This document shows, piece by piece, positions 12,781-23,096 of a DNA stretch of 64,000 bases. Position 1 is the stretch's first letter. Every line of letters begins with the position of its first letter. The translations under genes and the position numbers were made by a program. The stretch is taken from positions 10,480,001 through 10,544,000 of the forward strand of contig CM052818.1 in NCBI GenBank assembly GCA_028534125.1, written 5' to 3'. The stretch comes from Lama glama (lineage: Eukaryota). The notes below the pieces were generated by a model, which saw only the letters and a program-made list of their open reading frames with translations, searched no databases and was not told the DNA's origin.

Positions 12781-15055
12781 ATTCAAACAAACTAGCAAGA
12801 AAAGGCCTAGCCACCCTCGGAGAGCCAACCATTTTTGAGAATATTGGAAAGTCACATGAACAAATACTGATAAACCCATTACAGATCGTTCTGTCTTTTT
12901 GTTGAAGTACTGAGGGATGTCAATCAGCTATGGGTTGATAGCCTGTTTAAATTTACTGAATGCAATCTGAGTTATATTACTGTTATGTAATAGTCAAATA
13001 ATTTGACTTTTGATTAATTTCCAGCCTGAGCTGTCCCTCATTTTAATCTGAATAAATTGAATTTGACTTTTGACTTTGAATTACGGAGAGCCAAAGTGTC
13101 CTAGCATGAACATTTTTGTGAGCTGGTAGTCCTCAGAGACCCCACCAGGATGGGTGTTGGGGAGGAAAGGTCATTCTCCCTTTCTAATCATTACAAGCAA
13201 GTTAGCTAATGTGTGCTATATTAGTCTGCCTTGTTATTCTTTGTAAACCAGTCCATAAAGATGACCCAGTTCAACCAGGTCCTCTCCTCTGCCCTTGATC
13301 CTAGCAAGAAGGTTCAGAGTTATAAACAAGGTTACTATATATAACATGCATTTATATATTATAATGTTATATTATTGTAATTATATTTATAATAGGTTAT
13401 TATATTTAATAAAATAGCAGTCATCTTGTACCATGACACAGTGCTTTATAGGGACAAGGCTTAGAGTCACATGGCCCAGCACATCTTTAGTAAATATTAC
13501 TGATAACCAGGATGAAGTGGGTATGCTGAATTGGACACTTTATTTTGAAACTTCAGTCAGAATTAGAAAAGCAATGCAGAAATGAACACTCTGCTCGAGT
13601 TAAAATTTCTTTTTACAGTGTCTTGCTACCTAAATAAAATAGAGCCTCTGTGCTCCACCAAATCTTTGCAGGTAATTAGTGTCAATGATTTGTATCGGAG
13701 AAATCACATTATTCCTGTATGTAGAGATGTAAGTGGTTATTTCAGAACTGGCTAGTGTGGTTTAGATTTTGATCTGTAGCTTTGGATTTCTTGTGATTCA
13801 TATTGATTGCTCCAATTTGTATGCTGCTTTGCTCTGTAGGTTCTTGATCCACTTGCTCTTTGGCCATGGTGATAGGTTTATGTTTCTAATTTTCCATTTT
13901 CTTTTATTCTTGGATTTTCAGTGTTTGTTCTCAAGGTGGCTTTCTTTTTTTTTTTTTAAATAGTTCTTGCTTTTATTTATTTGCCCTGCTGTCAGGCCTG
14001 TCTGACCTTGTCCATGAGATAATGGAAATGAAAGTGTTTGTAAGTTGTATAACATTATTTAAATGTTAGAGATGATTACTATTTTATTAAAAATAATAAC
14101 CTTGTTAATAGCTCTGAGTCTTCATGCTGAATCAGAGGCAAAGAGGAGCACCTGACTGGACAGGTGGCTCATCTTTATGCACTGAGATCCTAGTTCACAA
14201 TGGATCTAGCAGCCAATGTCATGGCTAAACTCTCTGCAAACAGGGATTACAGTCGATGTCTAATCTTGAGAATAGAGGCATGAGCCTAAAAAGGAGACAA
14301 AGGTCTCACAGAGTGCAACTCCAACAGCCTGACTGGTCCTACTTAATGCCTGACTCTTAACTTATGCTCACACCCTGATTTCAGAGGCCTGAAATACTCT
14401 TCCAGACCAGGACTAGGCCTGCCTCCCATCTTTACCTCCTGTGCTCTTTCAGGAATCTTGTAGGCTGTGTGGCAACATTGGGGAATGTCTTTGGTGACTC
14501 TCTTGGTCCACTTGAAAATTCACACCACCTTTTAGAAATCAATCCTAAAGTGGTTTGAGAACAGAACTTTCATCTTACTTATGGACTTCTACCTCCCCAT
14601 CAAGTGGTCTAACTAGGTTTAGGTATGTAATAAAACCAGGCCCTATCTACAGTTACTCTCTTTCAATTGGTATAAGACCAGGTGCAGAATATGGCTATAG
14701 TTGCCCTTAACTAGCTTATATCTAGAGTTAATTCCCAACTTTTGAAAAGTTGCTCTTTGTTTCATCTAAGCAATCATTAGTGGAATCCATACCAATCTTG
14801 GAGAAACAGGTTCTTATTGGCTCTTCAGTAGATTGGAAATGCAGAATTTTCTTCTGGAGAAGGAAAGGGTTTAAGAGTCCCCCTCTCCCCTCCCCCGCAA
14901 AAATTGTGTAGTGTGTCAAGGGTTGGTTTGGGGAGGTGAGACAGTGTTTTATAAAAGGAGATACCTCTATGACTGGAGATCTCTAGGATTAGCACAGACA
15001 CCCTCGTGAGGTGGGCAGTATGTGAGTCCCTCTTTGTCCTCACATTTCCACCTTG

Positions 15056-15135
15056 TTATTCATTCATTCAACCAATAATTACTGAGCACTTATTTGGTGA
15101 TAGGCAGATACTGTGTTAGGTGATAGGGACATCCT
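15056..15135 (-). mobile_element. LINE-2 3' tail
   Basis: ttattcattcattcaaccaataattactgagcactta...ggcagatactgtgttagg. Confidence 0.7.
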
Positions 15136-15184
15136 GTCTGATAATTGTCCTGGATCTGGAGGTCATCTGAGCTGCAGCTTGTAT

Positions 15185-15400
15185 GTGGGCTTTAGGTCAG
15201 ACAGATCTGGGTTCTAGTTTTTTCTCCCCTTTTGATATTTGTGTTACTCTGTAAATGTACTCAGTAACTCGTCATCTGAATCTTACTTTATGCGGTTGTA
15301 AAATTGGCTAACAATTATCACATAAAACTGTGGTGAAGACTCCATAAATGATGAATATAACACTCCATGCTGGACACACAGTAGGTCTCTCACTTATTAA
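15185..15400 (+). mobile_element. MIR SINE
   Basis: gggctttaggtcagacagatctgggttc...tgtaaaattgg...tgtggtgaagact...cacacagtagg. Confidence 0.7.
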
Positions 15401-15693
15401 TCAATAGTTGCGTCCTCCACACTCATCTTCTTCGTCACCATCTCAAACTCACTGATTGCTTTTTGCTTGAGGCAACTTGGCCTCCAAGTAGAATTTAATA
15501 GTGTCTAAGTCTTTATGTGAATAGGTGTATGGATAAAATATTTTCAGTAGATGTAAATCCCAGTTCAGGATTCTAAAAATGTATAGACACAGTCCCAGTT
15601 CAACATTTTCTTTTTAACAGCATGATTAAAGGTCTGGGTTTGTTTTTTTTTAATTTGAGCAACTAAATTAATCAAAATGGTCATGCTGGTAAG

Positions 15694-16410
15694 CTGGGCA
15701 ACCATTAAAATAACAAAACAAAGAATTATAGATAGTAATCAACAATAGAGATAGAATGGAATCATAAAAATATTTAATCCAAAGAAGGGAGAAAAAGAGG
15801 AAAGATGGAAGAAAAGCAAATGCAAATATAAAACAATAGCAAGACAGTAGATTTAAACCCAACGATATCAATAATCATGTTAAATATAAGTGGTCAAAAT
15901 ATTCCAATTAAAAGACAGAGATGGACATATTGGATAAAAAAAAGCAAGATCCACTGTATGCTTTTTACAAGAAGCCTACTTTGAATATCATGACAAAATG
16001 CATTATAAGTAAACTGATGGAAGAGTTACATTAAAACTAATCTAAAGACAGCTGGAGTGACTATATTAATATCAGACAAAGTAGATTTCAGAGCAAAGGA
16101 TATTACCAGGGATAAAGAGGGTCATTTAATAATAACAAAGGAGTCTTCTCATCTATAGGACATAACAGTCCTAAACATTTATTCATCTAGTAACAGAACT
16201 TCCAAGCATGAACCAAAAATTGATAGAATTGTAAGGAGGAAAAACAACCATACAGTTTTATTCAGAGATTTTTACCCCCCCCCTTTAATGATAGATGGAA
16301 CATATATAGAGAAAACCAATAAGGATATAGAAGAACTAAATGACACTATTTTCTTACTTGACATAATTGACCTTTATAGGACACGGCATCCAACAACGGA
16401 AGAATACAGA
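15694..16410 (+). mobile_element. Old LINE-1 internal fragment (inter-ORF region and ORF2 endonuclease start), decayed
   Basis: gcaaccattaaaataac ... ccaattaaaagacagag ... tattaatatcagacaaagtagatttcagagcaaag ... aataaggatatagaagaactaaa. Confidence 0.9.
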
Positions 16411-17334
16411 GCACTCTACACCCAATAATCTAGCACCTGACACATCGCTGTATTCATTTGACTGTCATCAGGAAAATGCTTCTGTCAACAGTAAATACCA
16501 TTGTTCTGGGCTTCACCAGGGCATGAGAAATCCCACAGAATTCCTGTTAGAGCTGTACTGGCCCCCCTGGGGGCTTTGCTGCTGCACATCTTAGTGGAAG
16601 CTCCAGGAGATCTTTGTTTCAAGAGCAAGGCTCACCTGCTCAGGATGAAGTCAGAGATTGAATCTGGACCAAATAGCTTACCCATATATTGTCATCTTGT
16701 TGAGGAGAATAGCAGCCTCTAAACTTTGTCTAGATTTATTAAAATATAAATGGTATTGCCCTCACACGCTTGGTGTCAAAAAACAAAAACAAAAACATGA
16801 TAACAATGCCAGAGTTAGGCCCATCCAAAGATTTTATGCCATTTCTTTTAGGATATCTGAACTGTTGAAATCAGTCAAACAGCAGAGATCTCCAAAAAAA
16901 CCTTCCTGAGAGATTTTACTCCCTTAAGATAATGTATTTCAAGATGCATCTTCCTACTCACTACCTTCCCAGAGGGAGAAAATTTGAAGCCATAAGAATA
17001 ATGGTCAAGTACACATGATGTCAAATACACATGTTATGAGCTTTATATTATAAAACATAAATATAACTTACATAATAATATAACAAATTTATATTTTGAT
17101 CAAGGAAAGAAGAGATGAATAGCCCTACCATTATCAAACTCTGGTGAACTGTTCCTCTTGGAGATCAACGTACAAGTGAAGGATGGAGGAGATAAACAGT
17201 CACAGCCCACATTGTACCCTGTGTACATCTCACCGTGAATCTTGGCTGCATCTTGTGTTTCTATACTCCAGATGGGCTTCCTCCACAGAACTGCCCCTCC
17301 TGTGAACATGAAGCGATGCCCAGATTATGGTACA

Positions 17335-18965
17335 CACAGTAATTTATCACAGTCTGCCTTCAAGTGATATTATACCACTTTAGGTATAGTATAAAAATTT
17401 TACAATGGTGTACTTCCGTTTCTCTCCTCCTGGCCCTAGTGCTATTCTTATCATAAATTTTACTTTTATGTATGTTATAAACCCCCACAATGAATTTTTA
17501 TTACTTTTGCTTAAATAGCCAACTATCTTATTCAAAGTAATTTAAATAATGAGTTTAAAAGTATATTCTTACCAGTTTAGTTATGATTTCCAGTACTCTT
17601 CATTTCTTTGTGTAGGTTCGAATTTACATTTGCTACCATTTTCCTTCTGCTTGAAGTACTTCCTTTAATGTTTCTTGAAATGCAGATCTACTGATGAATT
17701 CATTTACCTTTTGAGTGTCTGAAAAAAAGTCTTTAACTTTATTTTTCATGAGGTGAAGAATTCTATGTTGACAGTTTTTCCTCGTTCAGTACTATAGAGA
17801 TGTCACTCCATTGTTTTCTAGTTTGCATCATTTCTGAGGAAAAATCGGCTTCCATTTTTATCTTTGTTCTTCTGGGTGTAACATGTATTTTTTTTTTTTC
17901 CCTCCAGCTGCTTTTAAGATTTCCTCTCTATTGTTGGGTTTAAGAACTTTGATTATGATGTGCTTTAGTGTATTTTTCTTCATGTTTCTTATTCTTGGAG
18001 TTCATTGAGCTTCTTGGTTATGTGGGCTTACAATTTTCAACAAATTTGGAAAATTTTCAGCTAATATTTTTTCAAATAGCCTCCCTTCTTTTTTTCATTT
18101 TGGAAAGTTTCTATTGCTCTGTCTTCAAGTTTATTAATGCTCTCTTTTGCAATGTTTAATCTGTTCTAGTATATATTTTTATCTCAGGCATAGTATTTAT
18201 CTTTAGAAGTCAGATTTTGGTCCTTTTTTATATCTCTCATGTCTCAGTTAACATGCTAAACTATTCTTTTGCCTTCTTGAACATATGGAATATAGTTTTA
18301 ATAATTCTTTTAGTATCCTTGTTTACTAATTCTATCATTTGTATCAATTCTGAGTCAATTTTAATTTATTGATTTTCCTTCTAATTATGGTTATATTTTT
18401 CTGCTCTTTGCACACCTGGTCATTTTTTATTAGATACTAGATACTGAGAACTTTACCTTGTTTGGTGTTATATATTTAAATATTTCTATAAATATCTTTA
18501 AGCTTTTTTTCTGGGACATTATTAAACTACTCTGGAATAGCTTTGAGCCTTTCAGTTCTTGTTTCTATGCTTTGTTAGGCATGATCTGAGCAGTGTAGTC
18601 TAGGTTTAATTTTCCCTACTACTGAGGCAAAACTCTTCTTTGTATAAATATTAGAGTTTTGTGCTCTGGCTGGTGGAAAGAAGTGCAATTTCTTTCTATC
18701 TCTAGTCCTTTCAAATGATTATCCCCCCTGGTCTTGAATAGTTTCCTCACACACTTTAGCTGATCAGTACTCAGCTTAACTCTGGAAGGGAACCTTCTTC
18801 AGATTTGTAGAATTCTCTCTCTTTTTCTGTGCATCTCTCTCCTATCCATTACTCTGCCCTGAAAACTCAACTTCTCCAGGACTCCCAGCTCCTTGTCTTC
18901 AACTCAGGGAGACCATGATGTGAGTCCTTCTCCTTTCACCATGACCTGGAAATTCTCTCCAGGTA
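17335..18965 (-). mobile_element. Old LINE-1 5' portion (5'UTR, ORF1 remnant, inter-ORF), L1M-type
   Basis: Antisense ttatcacagtctgccttcaagtgatattataccactt; ORF1-region ctgcttttaagatttcctctcta, ttcattgagcttcttgg, caacaaatttggaaaattttcagc. Confidence 0.88.
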
Positions 18966-18967
18966 GT

Positions 18968-19302
18968 CTACTAAGTGTGTAATGGAATTATGTCTAAAAA
19001 AATCAATGTACATATCTCAATTAAAAAATAGTTCATTGCTAAAAATGTTAAATCATCATCTGAACCTTTAGCAAGTCATAGCAGCAACATTAAAGATCAC
19101 TGATCACAGATCACTGTAAAAATATAGCGATGAAAATGTTTAAAATATTGCAAGAATTACCAAACTGTGACACAGAGGCATGAAGTGAACAAATGCTGTT
19201 GGAAAAATAGGACTGATAGACTTTCTTAGTGCAGGGTTGCCACAAGCCTTCAATTTATGAAAATGCAGTGTCTGCCAAACTCAATAAAAGGAGGTCTGCC
19301 TG
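18968..19302 (-). mobile_element. Tigger1 internal-deletion derivative (Tigger1a-like), one end missing
   Basis: Tigger1 segments ttgctaaaaatgttaaatcatcatctgaacc are joined directly to aaagatcactgatcacagatcac...gcagggttgccacaagccttcaattt...gaggtctgcctg, followed by TA. Confidence 0.88.
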
Positions 19303-19309
19303 TAATGTC

Positions 19310-19955
19310 GAGAGTCCTTAGTATGCATGCAAGGCTCCTGTGTACTTGCGAATCCTCATTTCTAACACCTTTACCTCACCATTCTACCCTGCACTCTAAC
19401 TAAGCCCCTGCAGTCTGCCGCATACACAGCAGTGGTGTATGGGTTCTGGAGTCACAGCCACGGTTCAAATCTTGCTTAATGTCTGCCTGATCTTGGGAAA
19501 TTAACTTCTATAATATCTTATCTGAAAATAAGAATACTGATACTACATACCTGCCAGGGTTATTGTGAACATTAAATGAAGTAATATGTGTGAAGTGCTC
19601 CACAGGGTCTTGCATAGAGTAAAAGCTCCATTAACAAAATTTATTACTGTAATAATTCCCCAAATGCATCATGTTTCACTTCTCTGCCCTCTGGTCCTGC
19701 TGCCTGGATGTTCTCCTTTTTCTGCTCTGTACACTCTTCCCTGTTATGTCCTGCTCGTCTTTGCAGATGCATCTCTGGTGTTACCTCGTGTGGGAGGCTT
19801 TCCCTGGCCTTCTGCTCTTAGTAGGATGCTCTCATGTTCCACGGTGCCCCATTAGTGTTTTGAGATTGTTTTTCCTCTTTCATCTCCACACAGGGGAGGG
19901 AAACTGTGACTCATGGTTAGTGGCCAATTCTGTTAGCTGGATGAATGAATCAATG
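19310..19955 (+). mobile_element. LINE-2 3' fragment with a nested MIR (~19428-19652)
   Basis: MIR: gggttctggagtcacagccacggttcaaatct...gggttattgtgaacattaaatgaagtaatatgtgtgaagtgc; flanks are L2-like and end ggatgaatgaatcaatga. Confidence 0.7.
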
Positions 19956-22269
19956 AAGATTGGCTCTTAAAAACTGTTAAATAAAATGATGAAAAGGGCA
20001 TTTACAAAGTCCTGACATAAATAAAATGTTGTTTGAATGAACACCAGTAGAGGCCCCAAAATTCCTAGACGAAATCGAGAGAAATTGAGAAGTGGCGTGT
20101 TCAGGGACACAACGTGGCCTGGCACCACTGCTTTTTGAGCCTCTCTGTGAAACTGCCATCAGAGGCTGCAATTCAATGACAAGTAATGCTACTTGGCAAG
20201 GAAAAGAGCAAAGCCTGGTGATGAGAAGGAAAAAAAATGCAAGAAAATGAAAATCATGAGCCAAACAATGTGAGAAGAGCCTCCTACCCCCATCCTCACC
20301 CCACGGCCCAGGCGCCCAGCACTGAGGGCATTATCTCCGCACAGCCGGAATGTTAGGAAATGCCTGCCAGTATTGACATTACCCCACATATTGAAATCAA
20401 GGTGGATTGGTGAACAATCACTTTAAAACTTAATTGTCGGAAACCCGCGGGTTAAGGCTCTTAAGCTAAAGCCTGTTGGCTTGATGGCAGTTTTGGTGCT
20501 TGCTCTCTTTTTCATTGTTTTTATTTTTGGTCTCTCTTGTTCTCTTGATTTTGATGGCAGAAAGTAGAGCTCTTTTTAATTGTTTCTTAAGGCAGGTTAA
20601 GGGACGTCCTGCTTGGCTTTTCTGAGTGTTTGTTTTTTTTTTCTCTCCTCCCCTCCACTCCCTTTTTTACTTCCTTTCTCTCTTCCTTGTGTTCTAGCCC
20701 CTTAGCAACGCCTGCCTCTTGTCCTGCAGCCTTGCACAGACATTTGGGAATCCTGGTAAACCCAATTCCTACCCTCTCCAGCCTTCCTGGAGTCCTGGAG
20801 GCTGTATTGAAGGAGATTCCTCATGACTGAGTCATCAGTGACATACTCAGAGCCCTGCCAGCATCCCCTCCTCAGGGAACCAGTTCCCCTGATGATCCTG
20901 GAAAGAATCAGAAATGGAAGACCTCTGTGGGACAGAAAGGTCTTCCATTAAACACAGATTGGAGGCTGTTACAGTGATGGTCCATCTCGAGGAGAGCCTC
21001 ACATCGAACTTATGTTTCTCCTCCCTTTCCCCTCAGACCTCAGGCTGAGGTGAGTGAAAACGGGGGATTTTTAGGAACTCTTATTTGAGGCAGGAATCTG
21101 ACAAGGCATCCATCCTTTCTTGACCAAAGCCTGGCATGAATTTGGGTCTCTCGGTATATTTCCATTTACTGATGAACAGATCACAGACTAGCCTGTGGGC
21201 ATGTTTTCAAACTTAATGAAGAAAAGACAGTTTCTGCCACAAGAGCTCTTTATCTAACTGACAGCATCAATCAAGGGCTACTCTGACTCCTCACTGTTCT
21301 CAGTAATGAAACCTTTCTCCTAAAAAACGAGAGAGGCTGGGGAGATGAGACAGTGGGCCACGGGAGGGAGGGGAAGAAGTAGACCATAGTTCATCTAAAC
21401 TGCTTGTCCTGGCCTCACATGGGCCTTGGTGAAGGCATGCGGGAGCCCAGCAGGGTGAGGTTTGGTGGCATCCGGAGGGTCACGGAAGTCTTCCTCTGGG
21501 AGAAATGATGTTGTGGCTGCTGCTTTAAACTTGGAGGTGGTTCTTTTCATCCCCTGAGGTGGAGAGCTAGCAACTAGGAGATTCTCCTTCCAGAAGTTTA
21601 CCATCCTTTCCGTTTAGGACACAAAAAGTAAAGTTTCTATTCTATTCACAGATCTGAGGCTTGTCTTGAGGTTGGATATTTCAATGGGTTTCAAACCTGC
21701 CTTTTGCTGGGAAACACTTTTTTTTTTCTCCCCAAAGGAAAACTGCTGCCTCTGCAAGAGCCCCACAGGCAAATGCATCAAAATGAGAAATAGGATTTGG
21801 TGGTTTGGGATGGAATGAAGTGGAGGCAGGTATATGTTGGGGTCCAAGCCCAGCGGCCACGTAGATTCTCCTGAAAACTAGGTTTCTGAGAAGCTCTGAA
21901 AACCACGAATCTAGTTCATTGCAGAGAGGTCGTGAGATTGGTTAAGGGCAAACTTATAATTCCTGGTGGCACCGGTCTTCTGATTTCTTCTCTCTCCTTA
22001 AGATGGGGCATCTGCTTTGTGCCCGGCATCCTGATGTGCAGTGATTCAGAGGGAGGGGGAGGGGCGGGGAGTGTGGGAGAACAGGCTGTGCGTGCATCTG
22101 TGGAGCTCCTGGCCATCCTTGAGAAGGTGTACCCTTATAGGTTCCCAGGACATCCCTATATTCCTTTCCCTTGCTTCTCCAGCAATAATGTTGTTTTCTC
22201 TCTGAAAGAACTCAGAGGGTTTTATAACTTTTTCTTTCTAGGTGTAATAATTTGCTCACATTGGCTAGA

Positions 22270-23096
22270 AAACTACAAGTTATCCTTGTTATCTCCACCT
22301 CCCTCATCTCCCATAATCAGCCCATCATCTAGATCTGTTGGATTACCTCCCAAATAATCTGAGTCAGTCTATTTGGCTCTGTCTTCAATCAGGTACCCTA
22401 ATCCAAACCACCATAACCTTGTTGGAGCTGGCAACCATCTCCTTGCTGGCTCTCACTGTTCATTCTGATCTCATTCAAATTCATTCTTCACATGCAAACC
22501 AGCATGGTATTTTTGAGCTGCAGCTCTGATATGTCACTTCCTCTACTCGTCAGAAACTCAGTGGCTGCCCGTTGGTTTAGGCTAAAAAACTCAGTCCTTA
22601 AGATACGCCATGTACTGCATGGTCAGGGTCCTGGGTGTCTCCAGCTTTATTCTCACATCTCCTTCTCTCTCTGCCCTCCATCCACACCGACATCCTTGTT
22701 GTGCCCTCTCCTGCCACAGGGACTTGCATATACTGTTTTCTCTACTTGGAACTCTCTCCTTGCCCCATTCACCTAGCTCGCTCCTCCTCAACATCAGCTC
22801 TCTATCCGCTTATCAGGGACTCCTCCCCCTCCCCCGACTCAGTTATATTCCCTTGTTGTAAGCTCTCATTGCCTCATGTGCTTCTCCTTTGTAGCAATTT
22901 CACAGTAGTAATTTCACATTTACTTGTGTGTTTGTGTGCTCAGTGTCTAACTTTCTTGTAGGACTGTCAGCTCCATGGGATGGGAACCATGTTTGTTTTA
23001 GCCCTAGCATGGTGCCCTTCATAGAGCAGGGGCTCAATAAATAGTTCATGAATGAATAAGTGACTGAATGAATAGACAAATGAATGAATGAATAAG
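22270..23096 (+). mobile_element. LINE-2 3' portion
   Basis: cctcccaaataatctg..., atgtcacttcctctactc, gggacttgcatatactgttttctct, and tail gctcaataaatagttcatgaatgaataagtgactgaatgaat. Confidence 0.88.

Noticed and set aside
14190..14320. Faint resemblance to L3/CR1
   Set aside because: Too degenerate to support without a profile search.
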